This document shows, one piece after another, positions 1-13,860 of a stretch of 64,000 nucleotides of DNA. The notes beneath the pieces were generated by a model. The model did no database searches and was not told the DNA's origin. It was given only the letters and a program-made list of their open reading frames with translations. The DNA is from Vicugna vicugna (taxonomy: Eukaryota). The DNA lies in the NCBI GenBank assembly GCA_013265495.1, contig MU058221.1:4528001-4592000 (forward strand), given 5' to 3'. Position 1 is the first letter of the stretch, and every line of letters begins with the position of its first letter. A program made the position numbers and the translations under genes.

Positions 1-337
1 AGCTAACACTGAGAATCAGTAGCTTTAGCCAAACCTAGCAATTTAAGATACTGTCCAGTCCTCTGTTACTTGCCCTCCGTTTCACAGCTAAAAGACGTGT
101 ATGCAAAAGGAAAAGAAAGGATTCAAATTAAATCTGATCAGAGAACACTTGTAGAACAAAATTTCAAAAGTGTCCTTTTTCAATGTATGCACTTTGTATC
201 TGTAACTGAAGTTAACATAAAGAGCTATTTATTTCCCTTAATTGCCATTCTTGCTTTCCAAATATTTTTATACTTGAAAAAGAAGGGTTTGAGCTTTTTT
301 TTTTACTAAATAATGATAAATTTCTATTTTCATTCAG

Positions 338-472
338 AATTTGCGACCAGCTCTTCTCAAAATAAATGAATTATGCTATCATCTGAGTTTTATGGGACTT
401 TGTTATATTGAAAAATGTCACACCTACACCCTGGAAGAATTTAAAACTGCGCAAGTCGTAAAGCTGGAAGAG
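338..472 (+). CDS. DNAH6: DNAH6 window exon 1 (135 nt)
   Basis: ttcattcag| [18 protein letters not shown]...VVKLEE |gtgagg; phase 0/0. Confidence 0.9.
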
Positions 473-3400
473 GTGAGGAGTTTTGTGTGTAAGTTTCAAG
501 ATTTTTTTCCTGTTAATACTTTGATGGCACTAATGATGCATATTCGCCGATGTCTAGGTGGCAGAGCGTCTAGAAGAATTTCGAAACGTGGCGAAAGATG
601 TGGTGAGGAAGGCCTGTCGAGTTGCTCTGCACGCTGCAGGATTTGTTCCTGATGACTGTGCACGTGAATATGCTGAGGGTATGAAGGGGACAGAACTTCA
701 GGAGATCAGAAGTGGTGGCTTTCTGAAACAGGAACTCTTGGTCATGCTACTTTCCTGAAGTTTAAATCATGACCCTAGATTTCAATTCTTCTGAACTTGC
801 ACTTGATGGATGATAGGCCTGATGTGTATCGTAGAGGGAGGAAAAAACAGTAAACACCGTGTCTTCCCTGCATTATCCCTGCTTGTGTATAGTATTTCTC
901 AGCTGCTTACAGAACCTCTCTCTCACGTGCGTTCTACAGTGAACTCAGGGCCTCTCTGTTTAAATGTAAGTCCAACCCACTGGTACAGACGGTAGGTTTG
1001 TTAAAATGAAGGGGCTGGATGGAGCTCAGGATTGGCCCCAGCTGCAGGGTATCTGAAGGATAACATTTTGCAGGCTGAAAAGGAGGATGAAGGTGTTCCT
1101 AGAAAGAGGTGGCAGGTGACAGAGATCAGATCCTCTTAGAGAGGATGTTAATAAGCTGTCTAGAGTCTGCAGTTGAGTTGAAATGCTTTGATGTGGAATT
1201 CTTTGGGGTAACTGGCCTGTTCCCTGGAGTTTGAAATATCTCCTAAACCAAAGCATTTAGTCATTTTACTTGTCTCTTGAGCCATATTAAAAGGAACGGG
1301 ATTTTTACACAGGAGTTCTTATCTCTGTGTCTTCTGTTGCTCTTAGGTTATGGTAAAATACCAGGGAGTGGAAGTTTCATTGAGTTTTCTGCTCCTGGAG
1401 ACACCAAGAAAATGACGTACACCGAACAGGCCAGCAAAAGGCACCACTGCACGAGGCTGACACGGTAAGGGGTGGTTCGTTCTTTCAAGAAGACCAGAGC
1501 ATTCATCCTTCTCACGTTTCATTACAAGTTAGAGGCTTCATCACAGGATTCGCTAATAGTGATGAGGGATGTGGGGGACGCCGGAACCTGAATGCAGGCC
1601 CCAGAAGCCCACGCCTCCAGCTGCCATCCCGGGGGCATGTCCAAGGCCAAGAGCGCCTCTCTGATCACCAAGCTTTGTTCCCCTCTAGCCCAGCCAGGAG
1701 CACAGGGCAGGCTGTAGTAAGGAGAAGTCAGGCCCAGAGATTCATGGGCCTAGAGGACCTGTTCGGCCTGTTTGGTCCCTAAAGAACTACAGGCAGCTGC
1801 GTGGCCACAAAAGTTCTACTCACTTCAAGAGGTGGGTTTTGCCACCAGGAGACTGGGGAGGAGAGTCTGCCTTCCAGGACCACCCCCCCAGGGGACCCTC
1901 CAGCTGCCTACCCAGCTGAATCTTGCAGTTGTTCCAGAGTTTGGGTTTCACATCATTCTAAAAACTCAATCCCTGCAAATAACTCTTGCACGCAGAATCA
2001 GCAAATGCTACCTGAAAAGCTGTATGTGACTATGAAACACTGGTGATTGTAACTCCATGCTAACTTAGTGCAGTTTTTACAACTGTGTATTGAATAAATT
2101 TTAATTGTGCCCCAGTTTACATGCGAGATCATCTGATAATAATGTGTATATTGCAACAGAAGGCAGTGAAGCGGTCCCTGAGGCCACCGTCATAGGCTAG
2201 AGGCCTCCACGTAAGCAGAATAAAGTCATTCCAGATGCCTTGCTGACTCCGTCTGCATTCTAAGCACTCAAGTAGGGAAACAGAAAATTTCCATCTTGGG
2301 GTTAGCAGTTGCTGTCAAACAGCATTTATTCAATAGGAGTGATTTCATACCTTTACCATTAGAATTTATGTATTTACTGACTTATTCTTTAAACATCTTT
2401 TTAAAAAATTGTATGACCCCTTTGGCTAGATAAGCAATGTGCTTTTTTCATAACAACTGTATTGCTCATTAAATATCCTATTGAATGGTTAGAACACCCA
2501 GCTAAAACGATGCTGTATCTTTTGAGTGTATTTGTGTTTCAAAATGAAGGATGTCCAAGAACAACTCTCCCGGACACTAAGTCTCTGATCTGTAATATAA
2601 ATGGAAATTCAAAGAGAAACTAGGATATGTGAAAATTCAAATGCTTTCAAGTCGCTTTCAAAAATATGTAGTGATTATAGAAAACTGAAGCTGTATTTTT
2701 TTTTCTTTTCAAGCTTTATCCGTCTAAACGACTATCTAATTGAGAACACAATGCACGTGTTAACGGTGAATTCTGCCAGCTCTCTTTTGAACTACCTCAC
2801 TGTCAAGCTAAAACGAACACCGTCAGCAGAGACCATTCAGAAATGGATTACAGAAGAGAAACTTGAGGTCGCTGATAAAAAGGTATATTGAGACACAATT
2901 AAGAAAACTCGTTGGTTCGCCTTTATTGAGGAGTGCTGACTGTGCACTATGAACGATGCTGTTTTCTGAGGACTGGAAAAGCAGGCGAAATGCTTAGAGG
3001 GTTCTGCAGTGTAATCAGAGTCTACCACACACCTGAAATAGCAGACGGGAGAGCAGCATGTCAGCAAGTCTCTGAAAACAGAGGAAGCATCTACCATCCT
3101 GAATGAATCCTGCGGTCTCTCTCGTAGGCATTTGCTAAAGGTTACTCATGTGTTCACTCAACAAACGTTCCTTAAGTATCTGCTCTGTACCAATCCCTGT
3201 GCTGGGTGTTGGGTATAGGGTGACGAAGAGCATAGAATACTTGCCCCCAAGAAGCGTATAGTTTGGGGGCCACCGTGGGCATGAAATGGCAAAGAGAATC
3301 AGGGAAGCTGGTATAAATGAAAGAGCTTAACAGTGGTTTAGAGGCGCAAAGAAGCCAAGCCCTTGGGAGGATGTTGATATTAGAAACACAGAGTAACCTG

Positions 3401-6400
3401 AGATGTTTGAAATGAAATAGTACAAATTTGACCGTTTTTTCTATTGACTGTATCAAGTGTACTTGTGTTTTAACATTATCAGTCTTGTCTCTAGACGTTA
3501 CTGATACGTTTTTTCCAGTTTGTCGTTCGCCTTTCCACTTTGATGCTAGTGTTTTCACACGGAGAGAAGTCTGTTCCACTGTTGTGTGGTCTTTCAATAT
3601 TTGCCTTTACTTCACATTTTCACAGTAATAGTCTTTGAAAGACATGCCAATGCTGCAAAATCAGCTACTTGTGTGAGCTGAAGTTCACGTGCCTTTTGTA
3701 GCACAGGTGTTTGTGTTTCATACCTCGGGACTCACAACACTGCACATGTGTTCATTGCAGGGGCCCCCTGTGTTGGAGAGACAGGAAGAGGACGAGTCCC
3801 TCATCCCCATGTTTCTCACGGAGCTGATTTTGACCGTCCAGTCACTGCTCTTGGAGCCTTCTCTGGAAGACTTTCTGGTATGTGCTTTCTCAGACAGCAT
3901 TCATGTATAAGTACCTTTCTGGAAAACAAACCTACTGTTCTACTGTTAAATGATTGGCAGGATCGCTGCTGTCCCTTCTTCAAAATGATCATAAGAGAAA
4001 GAGCACTGTTCTGTGCACAGCAGGACTTCTATGTAAAAAGTCTCCGAAAGTTTAGCGCATTTTACTTAACCTGGAGACGGACTGGGGGCTGGGTGGGGTA
4101 CACCATCAAAAGAACACACCCTACACAAAATTTGGAATTGACTCTAGGCACCCCTCCATAAGAATTCAAGAAATCACTCTGTTGTAGATACCACGTTTGA
4201 AATTTTTTGAAGTGTGTTGCGTGTAAGAGAATTTTGTGGTTTTAGTTATCTGTTGCTGTTTAGCAAATTAGCTCAAATTTGGCGGCTTAAAACAACAGCC
4301 ATTTATTACCTCAGTGTCTGCGGGTCAGGAATTGAGGGCCTCTCCAGCCTGCCCTTCAGGGACTGGCTGGGCTGAAGTATCCTCAGAGGCTCGACTGGAG
4401 AAGGATCTACTTTTAAGTTCCCCCAGGTTGTTGAAAAAGCTCATCTCTTACAGCACACAGAACTATATTCAATATCTTGCAATAACCTATAATGAAAAAG
4501 AATATGAAAACAAATACGTGTACGTATGTGTATGACTGAGACATTATTACTGTGCACCAGAAATGGACACAACATCGTGAACTGACAATACTTTGGTTAA
4601 AAAGAAAGAAAAGTTCATCTCTAAGCAGCTATAGGACGAAGTCCCCGGTTTCTTGAGGGAAGTCAGCTAGGGACCACACTTAGACCCTAGAAACCACCCG
4701 CAGTTCCTTCCACGCGGCCAGTTCTGTGCGCGGTCTGCAGTGTGGTGTTGGCTTCTCTACGACCAGCTGGAGAATCTCCTTTGAGAAGGGCCCCATCCCT
4801 CTTTTCAGGACTTTGACTTCGTTCCGTTGGGTCTACCCTGGATAATCACCTTCTGATTAACTCAAAGTCAGCTTAATTACATCTGCAAAATCCCTTCAGC
4901 TTTCCATACAGTGTAACCTGATCATGAGTGCGGCATCCCGTAAATTTACAGAACCCCCCCTCCCCATACTCAAGAGGAGGGGAGTAGACAGGGCATGGAA
5001 CCAGGGAGCGGGAATCCTGGGAGCCACCTTAGAATTCTGCCTTCCCCATTTGGGTCCAGGCGTAGATTAATAAACCAACCAGAGTCTGTATCTCCTGCTG
5101 TTAGCTGGTGTACCGTGGCACAAAAGCACTAGAAATCAGAATGTCTAGATTCTATTCTTGGCGTTACGATTAATAAGCTCTCTGGCATTTGGAAAACCAC
5201 TCATCTCTGGGGTTCGGTTTATGCATCTGTAAGAAGAGGAGGCAGATGAGTTTTAAGGTTGCTTCCTCCTCCAGCGGTCTGTGGTTCTGTAATTCATCAG
5301 GTAACCAGGCTACTTTAGGATATTTACAAGGACAAGCAGACTGCTGAGATCCCTGTGGTTGGAACCACACTCAGGAGAGACGCCGGGCTCTCGGGTCCCT
5401 TCTGGGCCGGAAGACTCATGACCTTCACATGGAATGCAGGTGACACCAGAGGGCTCTCTTCAGCGAGCCGCTGGCTTTTCTCCTTAAGCCCCAAGTGCCT
5501 TGAGAACCTTGACACTGTCTGTATTTCCTATTGTGGGGACCCTATACTCCACATGGGAATCTTTAATTCCTACACATGCAGTTGTGGGTCCAGCATGTTC
5601 ATGTGCTCACACGTAAGATGTTACTTCATGTAGCCCCAAAATAGCCAGTGGCAGCATAAACAGGACTATCATGAATTTTCTATTTTTTTCTCCCTATTTT
5701 TTCAGTCATTAGTCTTGACACGTGTTGTCATCTAGTTGTTTCAAACACACACGCACATATAAAGTTTAGTCTGAAGGAAAGTGACATGCCCAAGTCTTAA
5801 CGTCTGACATTGTCCTTGCTCGGGTTAACTGTGGTTTCCTAGTGCTGGATCCAGCATACATTTTTCAGTTCTTTCCCTTCCCGCTGTGTTGGACAGACAG
5901 ACATGTTGCACTTGACTCTACTTACCCCTCCCACTCTGGAAATAGACCCCACCCTGCGTTTAATTTCTCTTGGTTTTACTCCGGTGCCAATTTTTTTCCC
6001 TCTCAGTCCTCTTTCTCAGAGCTTCTTTTTTTGTCTGACCTTTGCCTGCAGTGACCCTGAAGGGCTCCCTCCCCTCCACGTCCTGTTTGTTTTCCAGCTG
6101 TCTGTGCCCATGGCTCTAACTGCCATTTCTAGAGTGGTGACATTAAGCATATATTTCTACCCAGTACTTTTCTTCGAAGCTCCGGACTCAGAGCCATCTG
6201 GAAATCTCCACGTTGAGCTCCAAGTCACCAAAATAAATTGAATTTGCCAACTTCTTCCAAAACTTCCTCCTCCTTCCATCCATATCCCTATTTCAATGAA
6301 AGGCAGCATCCAGATGCGCAAGCCAGCAATCTGGGAGCCATCCTAAATCCTCCCGCACTTTTTTGGGATCATATCAGAGAGTCCTGTGTGTTGACCTTCG

Positions 6401-9400
6401 TTCCAGCTCCCTCAACGGGAACCTCATCACCTCTCATCGGGGCTGCTGGAGTAGTCTCTTCTGACCGGCCCGCCCGCCTCTCAACCTTCTGGTCCATTTT
6501 CTCCATTGCTGACTGTTTAAGAGTATTTCATAGGCAAATCTGATCATGCCACTTAAAATTAAATTTCTCCATTGCCTATAGCAGCATTTTCAAAGAATGC
6601 TCTATAAGATGTTTGATGGGCATTCTAGGAGAAGAGAGTTTGTGATAAGCATTTACATATTAACAAATATGGGAAATCCTTCTTTTAGCAGATCCAGAGA
6701 AGAGTCCTGTTGAACTTTGTTTAACCTAAGGTTTCTTGCCAAACTTATCTGACATTGGGACCCTTTGAACTCAGGGTAATCCCTGGTCACAATCTGGGTG
6801 TGGACTACAGGCTAACACTGGAACCCAGCGTCACTCATGAGGCCTTTCTTCAGGGGACCGACTGCACTGTGACTGCATTTCTCCACACTGGCACTTAGAC
6901 TCCAGCGCCCAGACCTGCTGGCCGCCTCGGGCCTCTCACACACAGTGACTCACAAGGACTATACTCCTGTCTTGTACACTTGACAAGCTCCTGCTCATCT
7001 TCTAAGACGCATCTCAAGAAGTACTTTTTCTTTATATCATTAATATCATTTATATCATGTATTTATTGTAAATTATGAACTGATTCACGTTCATTGAAGA
7101 GGACTTGAAAAACCCCGAAAAAAGATTGTTAAATCATCTGTAATCCCATGTGCCAGAAATGGAAATAACCTTTAAACATTTTTATATGTTTTTTCCAATC
7201 ATGTTTTAAGTACGTACTGATACACCAGCGTACCTAACTCTACCATGAGATTTTACGTGAACATTTTTAACATGGGATATTATGCACCATTTTTATCCTG
7301 CTCTTTTCTTTAACTTAACATTATATTAAAAGCTTTCTCCCATATGATTAATCAATCATCAGAGACACCATTTTGAAGCGGTGCCTAATTTTTAGTCATA
7401 TAAATATACCCTAACTTAACCATCATTCTATTTTTGAACACTAAAGGATTTATTTAATTCGTTTTTATTAAAAGTAATGCTGCAGGGATTGTCCTGGCAT
7501 ATGAATCATTGTTTACACATCTAATTTCTTCTCTTAGGAAAATATAGATGTATAGAATGAAAATTATTGCTCAAAGAATATGAACGTTTAACCCCCACTT
7601 TAAACTTTCCCTGATTCTCTTAGGCAGACTTTGGCCCACCTTCCCTTATGACTTTTCTGTGTGTTGTTCATATTTCAAATATAGAACTCACCTTAATGTG
7701 TCGTAATTTTTTGCTCATCTGCCTCTCTATTAGAAAACCTATTTTCTGAAGACAAGGGCTGTGTCTTCCGATTTGTCATACACTCAGAATCAACACAGTG
7801 TGTAGCATGGTTGAATGAGTTTTTCTTATTTATTTTAGCATTTCAGAAAATTCAAAAATATTTATGAATATAAGCATAGACATGTTTACATGTATGTTTA
7901 TGCTTCTTTCTCCAACAGGATGGTATATCAGGTGCAGTTAATCACTTCCAGAACACTGTGTTATCAGTTCCTAATCTCGTGCCCGATACGTATTTTGATG
8001 CTTTTACCAGCCCTTACATTAACAACAAGCTGGAAGAGAAAACTTGTGGATCTGGTCCAAGCTTAGCAGCAGTGTTTGATGATGATAAGAATTTTCACAC
8101 AATTATCTTTCAAATAAAGGTATACTTTCTTTCACTGAAACTATTTTTTCTAATTTCGATTTTGAAGAAATGGAGTAATATATTTTATTCTTATCTTATC
8201 TTTAAATTGAATGTTACTTAATTTCTAAATGGTAAAGTGACTTTTTAAAAAAAATCCTGGTAGATCAGGGCACTGACTGTAGGAAAAAGACTTAAAAGTG
8301 CAAGCTATTTGAGATGGCATTATTTCTAGGGGAGAAAGTGAGATTTAAAAAGGAAGAAGAGGCATTATTTGAACATTGGGTGGTGCATGGGGAAATAAAG
8401 CAACCAGTGAAAATTTAAGGTCCTTGAGAGAAAAAAAAAGAACCCCCAAGCCAGAATACACCCAACTCATTCCCTATGGCCAAAAAAACATAAAATGAAA
8501 TAATCTGCATATTGCTACACTGACTAAAAACAGAATTCCCTTGAATTATAATCATGCCAAATCTATGAGCTGAAGAAATTAAAATATATTAAATAGATAA
8601 GAAGCTTCTCTAAGGAGAAAACAGAAAGTGAAAATTAAAACAGCTGATGAATATTCCTTCTCTTCCCTCCCCAAAAACCATGAAACAAAAACTGCACTAT
8701 AAACTAAATATCTTCCAACAAGCTTTGAATGTGTGTAAAATGACATTGAGTCAAAAATTCAAAATTTAAGCGTTCTCAAATGACAAAACCACAGAGCTTA
8801 AGAACAGATTGAGTATAAAATTACAGGAAAGATAATGAATATAGAAAAAAGACTGCAATACCAACCAAGATAATGAAAATAAGCTAGAGATACATGTAAA
8901 AATGGTCAGAGAAAAGAAGAATTGGAATAGAAAACAAGCCAAGAAGAAATAACATGCGTATAATTGGAGTCTCTGAAGGAGAAAAGCAAACAAGGGGTAG
9001 GACAAACACGTGACTATAGTCCAAGAAAATTAAATGGTAGTCCATATAGTGGAAGGGCCTAAGGACACCTTGAAAAATTGACCTAGAAAAATCGACTCGG
9101 AGATACAGGCCCTTAAAACTGTGAGCTTTTAAAGCTAAAGAAAAATTCCTCCAGGTCTCAAAGCAAAATGATCAAATAACTTACAGAAGTAAGAGACTCA
9201 GACCAGCATCAGGTCCGATGAAAAAAGGATGTTGTCTCAAAGCGTCTCTGCCCAGGGTATGTATTGATTTATCAGCTTAAACTCGCGATGTGTAAGTTCA
9301 CCATGAAGCTTAAAAAAATTGTCAGTTGTCCTTTCAGTTATAAGGGACAACTCTTCAAAAGTCAGATTTGAAGTTGTTGTTGTAGTTTTTTGAGTTTCAT

Positions 9401-12400
9401 AAGAGAATCCATTGACTGCTCCTTGACATCAAGGATGGTGTCTTCCCTTACTTATGTGTCCCCAGGTCAAAGCATAGTATTGGGCACAGAGGAGGCATTT
9501 GTGCTGGTTTAGTGATATAGAATTGAATTGTGCTCTGGAAAAAATATAATTTTATTTGTCTGCTTACAACATTTAGGAAACCATACAGGCAGCATTTCAA
9601 TCTGCTCAGTTATATGCAGCTACGTTTGAAAAGTTTCAGATATTCTTCAAGGAAAATGAAGGTCTTGATCTACAAGCTCTTAAGCTTCAAGAACCCGGTA
9701 CGTTTTCCGTTTGTCCTTGCTAAACATGTTTGCTGTGCGTGTCAAAGCAGACTGACATCTGGGTTCCTTGAGCCCAGGCCTCCTGGTCTCCAGCTGCCAC
9801 GTTCCCCATGTTGGACAACTCTGCTCCTTCGCCAAGTTCCCGTCCGGAGGAGGCCCCCAGACTCCAAGGCTGCCCTTCCTCTTGTCCTGCCTTGGCCTGG
9901 CAACCCTGTCCCAGTCCTGAAAGCTGGGTCACCCAGGTGTTAACTCTTCGTTGTCTGAAACCCTGGAGCACATTGGCCTGGACTCCTCAATGTCGTGTTC
10001 CTCCCTCTTTTAGGAAATCCCTGGTGCTTCCTAAACCTCTACACCCCGTTGTTCGCCAGAGGTTAATAGACGGTAGCTTTGCCCGTTGGACACCATACCT
10101 GTTTTCTCCGTCCCCCAAACTCCTGTAACATCATCTGGTACACCTTACAGATACTTAATAAATGTCTGTTTAACTGAACTTTTAGCCAGACTGCCCCCTG
10201 TCTAGCCCCAGAAGACCATCAGGGGACAAGTTCTGGCTTCCTGAAGTCATCAGCTATATCTCACCACTAAATTCCTATAAATGTCAGTGTTTACTAATAA
10301 TTTCTACATTTGCTGCACACTCGTGATACCATGCCACGTGATTTTCAGGCATCTCATCTCATCCTTGTAATTCTATGAGGCAAGTGTTAGTATTCTCATT
10401 TTATAAATAAGGAAATGGAAATATACAGAGACAAGGCAACTTCAAGATCACACAGCTAACAAGTGGCTTAGAAGTCGTTTTCTCTGACTTATCCATTCTA
10501 CATCCCGCCCCTCCTCTATCTCAGAAAGACAGCTCTCCTTTCAACTTTGCTCGTTTCTCCTTTGAACGTGGCTATGTGTGACCGTGGCCAAGTCACTTAG
10601 CCTATTTTGAGCCAAATTTCTTTCTGTATAAAGTGAAAGTATTGGATCCAATTGGTGTTTCCTAAACTGCTGTTCTGTGGACCGCTGTTCTGAAGAATAT
10701 GACATGATACCATGAAAAAGACTCTGCGTTCAACTAAGTTTGGAAAATACTAGACTGGGCAGCATTCCTCAGGTTTCCTGCCCAGAGATCTCCTTGGTCC
10801 CTTTGACACCTTTATTTTGTCACTTCTCAAAGACACACACATCAGAACCTTCTGAAGTGGGGAGGACAGATAATCACCAGCCCTTTTTTTGTATCATGAG
10901 GAAACTGAAGCTCAGAAAGGTTTGAAGGACGTACCCAAAGCTACATGGTAGTTAGAGACTTGAGCCTGGGTCTGCCGACTACCTGGTGTCTTCTTTATAC
11001 TGTGTCAGACCCCCCCCTTACATCCGGGAGAGGAGATGGTGTGAATTAAGGTGGGAGTCAACACCCTTCTCTCTCTGGGGTGGTGAAGGGGGGTCAGAGG
11101 AGGAGATCAGGAAGCAGTAAGGACATCAATGTGACCCAAGTGGAGGGAGTAATTGGGAATAAAGTTAGCTAAATTTTTAAAGGCCCAGAGGGCACAGGAT
11201 TTCGAAAGTCAAGCAGAGTAGTTTAGTATTACATGTGTACTAGGGAGAGCTGTTTTTGACCAATAGTGGGGTAAAAGTATATTCAAGATAATCAGGCTTC
11301 CGCTGGCACGGGGAGATTGGAGAAGGGAGAAAATGGAGACGGGAAGGTGATCAGAACGCAGCATGTGGCCAACACAGACCGCCGCAGGCCTTGCCCTCGG
11401 CGTGGGGGGCGGGCGGGCAGGGTCGTTGGGAGAGGAGCGAGGGTGGCTGTACCTGTGCTCGGTCCCTTGTGTTGGGACGCTTTCTGTTGTTAGCATCCTC
11501 AGCTGCTTCCTTTGAGGTTCCCTGTGAGAGGACCCTTGGGTTGCACCGACTTCAAACCCACCTGACTCTGGAGTCTAGTCTCTTCCAGACTAGGTCCTCT
11601 AACGCACTTGCAAGTTCTTTTCAGGTGCCGTTCTTAACAGGAACCAGGAACCATATTTATATTATTAAATACTAGTTTCTTTATTACAAGAATACAATAT
11701 GAAGCATTTTGAATTAACATTTTAAAGTTATACGTGGTACTCTACATGTGGACAATACTTTATAAATATATTTGTAAATTATATTTTTAATTTTGTTTTT
11801 CATCAAAGTGTAGTTCATTTACAATTTTAGTTTCAGGTGTACAGCAAAGTGATTCAGTTGTACATATACATACATATATAGTCAGATTCTTTTCTATTAT
11901 TTATTATTACAAGAAATTGAATATAATTCCCTGTGTTATAGAGTAGATCCTTATTGTTTATCTATTTTATATATAGTGGTGTGTCTCTGTTAATCCCAAA
12001 CTCCTAATTTATCCCTTAAATGCAAATTTATTAATGCAGTGGTTTTTGATATATTTTGTAATGATCCTTTAAAAATCTAACACATGTATTTTGTGCCTTA
12101 TATGAATTACTTTATGTAGATGTTAAGTTCTTTAGTGAACAACTGGAAAAATATCACAGACAGCACAAGGACGCAGTAGCTTTAAGACCCACCAGAAATG
12201 TAGGATTGCTGCTCATCGACACTAAGCAACTGAAAGAAAAACTAATTCCATCACCTTTGAGATGCTTGGAGGTAACTATGAACCAGGAAAAAAAAATTAA
12301 TTATGGTCTCTACAAATATTTTTTAAAATATTTTATTTATTTATCTATTATTGTAGTGTTTAATTCTTTTTATTTTGGCGGTGTGGGGAGAGAGGTAATT

Positions 12401-13821
12401 AGGCTCGTTTATTTTTGGTCCTGGGGATTGAACCCAGGACCTCGTGCATGCTAAACATATGCTCTACCACTGAGCTATACCCTCTCCTGTCTTGTTTCTG
12501 AAATGGTTATCAAAATCTCCATAGGCTAATTATTTCCCCGTTTGTGTACAGAGAGAGAAAGAGAGATGGAGATTCTAAGTACCTATCTCTCTCATTCTTG
12601 AACAAAAGTCTTGGGTTTCTGTTTAATTAGACCAACTGAGGTCAGAGGTTCGCCCTAATCCAATCACATTAGCCCAAGGAAGCCGTGCTCAGATCTGCCT
12701 TGTGACCAATCAGACTCCACCTTCGTTTCCAAAGGAGAGATTAATTTCCTCCAAACCATGTCACTGCCACCCATCAGGAAAGGAGTGGAAGTGAAGGCTG
12801 GGGAGGGTCCCACGTGCAGGGCAAAGCAGCAGAAAGGGTGCTTGCAAACGATCAGAGCATTTAGGCAAACTTTTTAATAAGCTGTGCAATCTGGCTTGTT
12901 CTGGAAATGGTCTTCAAATCTAGCCCTTCCTGTTAGTTCATTTGACAAGCAGTGATTCAGTGTGGAAATACACTGCTGCTTCCGATACCTGCCGACTTCA
13001 CAGCCATTCAGTTAGAATTTACCTAAAATGTATAATAAAATGGAAATACCCAAGTAGTTATGATCCACGTTTCCTTTTTCTCTCCTAGGTGCTCAGTTAT
13101 ATGCTTCCTCGCCAGAGCAAGAAAAAAGTGGACGCCATTATCTCTGAGGCACAAGATGCAGAATATAAACTTGAATTTGTCCCAACTACCACCATAGAAT
13201 ATGTTAACAGCTTGGTATTTCTTGACGAAATTCAGGAACGGGTGAGTTGATTCTTCTGTAACTCGCTATTCCGGATCTTGTGTTAAGTAAGGAAGGCAGA
13301 TGAGGGAAGTCGAGGGACTGAAGGTCAAGAAACGCTGTCAAGATAGCAGAAACACCTTCAGACAAAACAAGCGGATGCCCCGCATCCCAGCAAGGACAGC
13401 TACCGCCAGTCAAACCCTTGCTGCTAGTCGGACACGCACTGCATTTTTTACGTTCGTTACGTTTTTAACACTCACAAAAGCTTAAGTGTAGATAATGTAT
13501 ATTTTTGTTCTGCAGGTGAGGAAGCAGGTCACAGTGGCCAAGATCACGGAACTGCATGTAGCAGAGCTGGAATTTAAACTTGGGTCTCTGACCGCAAAGC
13601 CAGTGCTCTCAGCCCCAGTTTACTGCAATTCTTATTTGTGCTAAATGGCCATGGAATTGCAGCTTAAATGGAAGTCCTGATCCTTCTCAACCTGTTTCCC
13701 TATTTTTGCATAATATTCAGGAACCTTCCTGTTAGGAATGAGAGAAACCCAACTCGGGGGATGATAGCAGATAAGGGGTTATCGTGTGATGCAAATGATG
13801 GGGTCGACCTTCTCTCTCTCT

Positions 13822-13860
<39 letters not shown>

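Noticed and set aside
8395..8480. Possible rearranged L1 ORF1 C-terminal piece upstream of the ORF1 remnant
   Set aside because: The similarity is too weak to support by eye.
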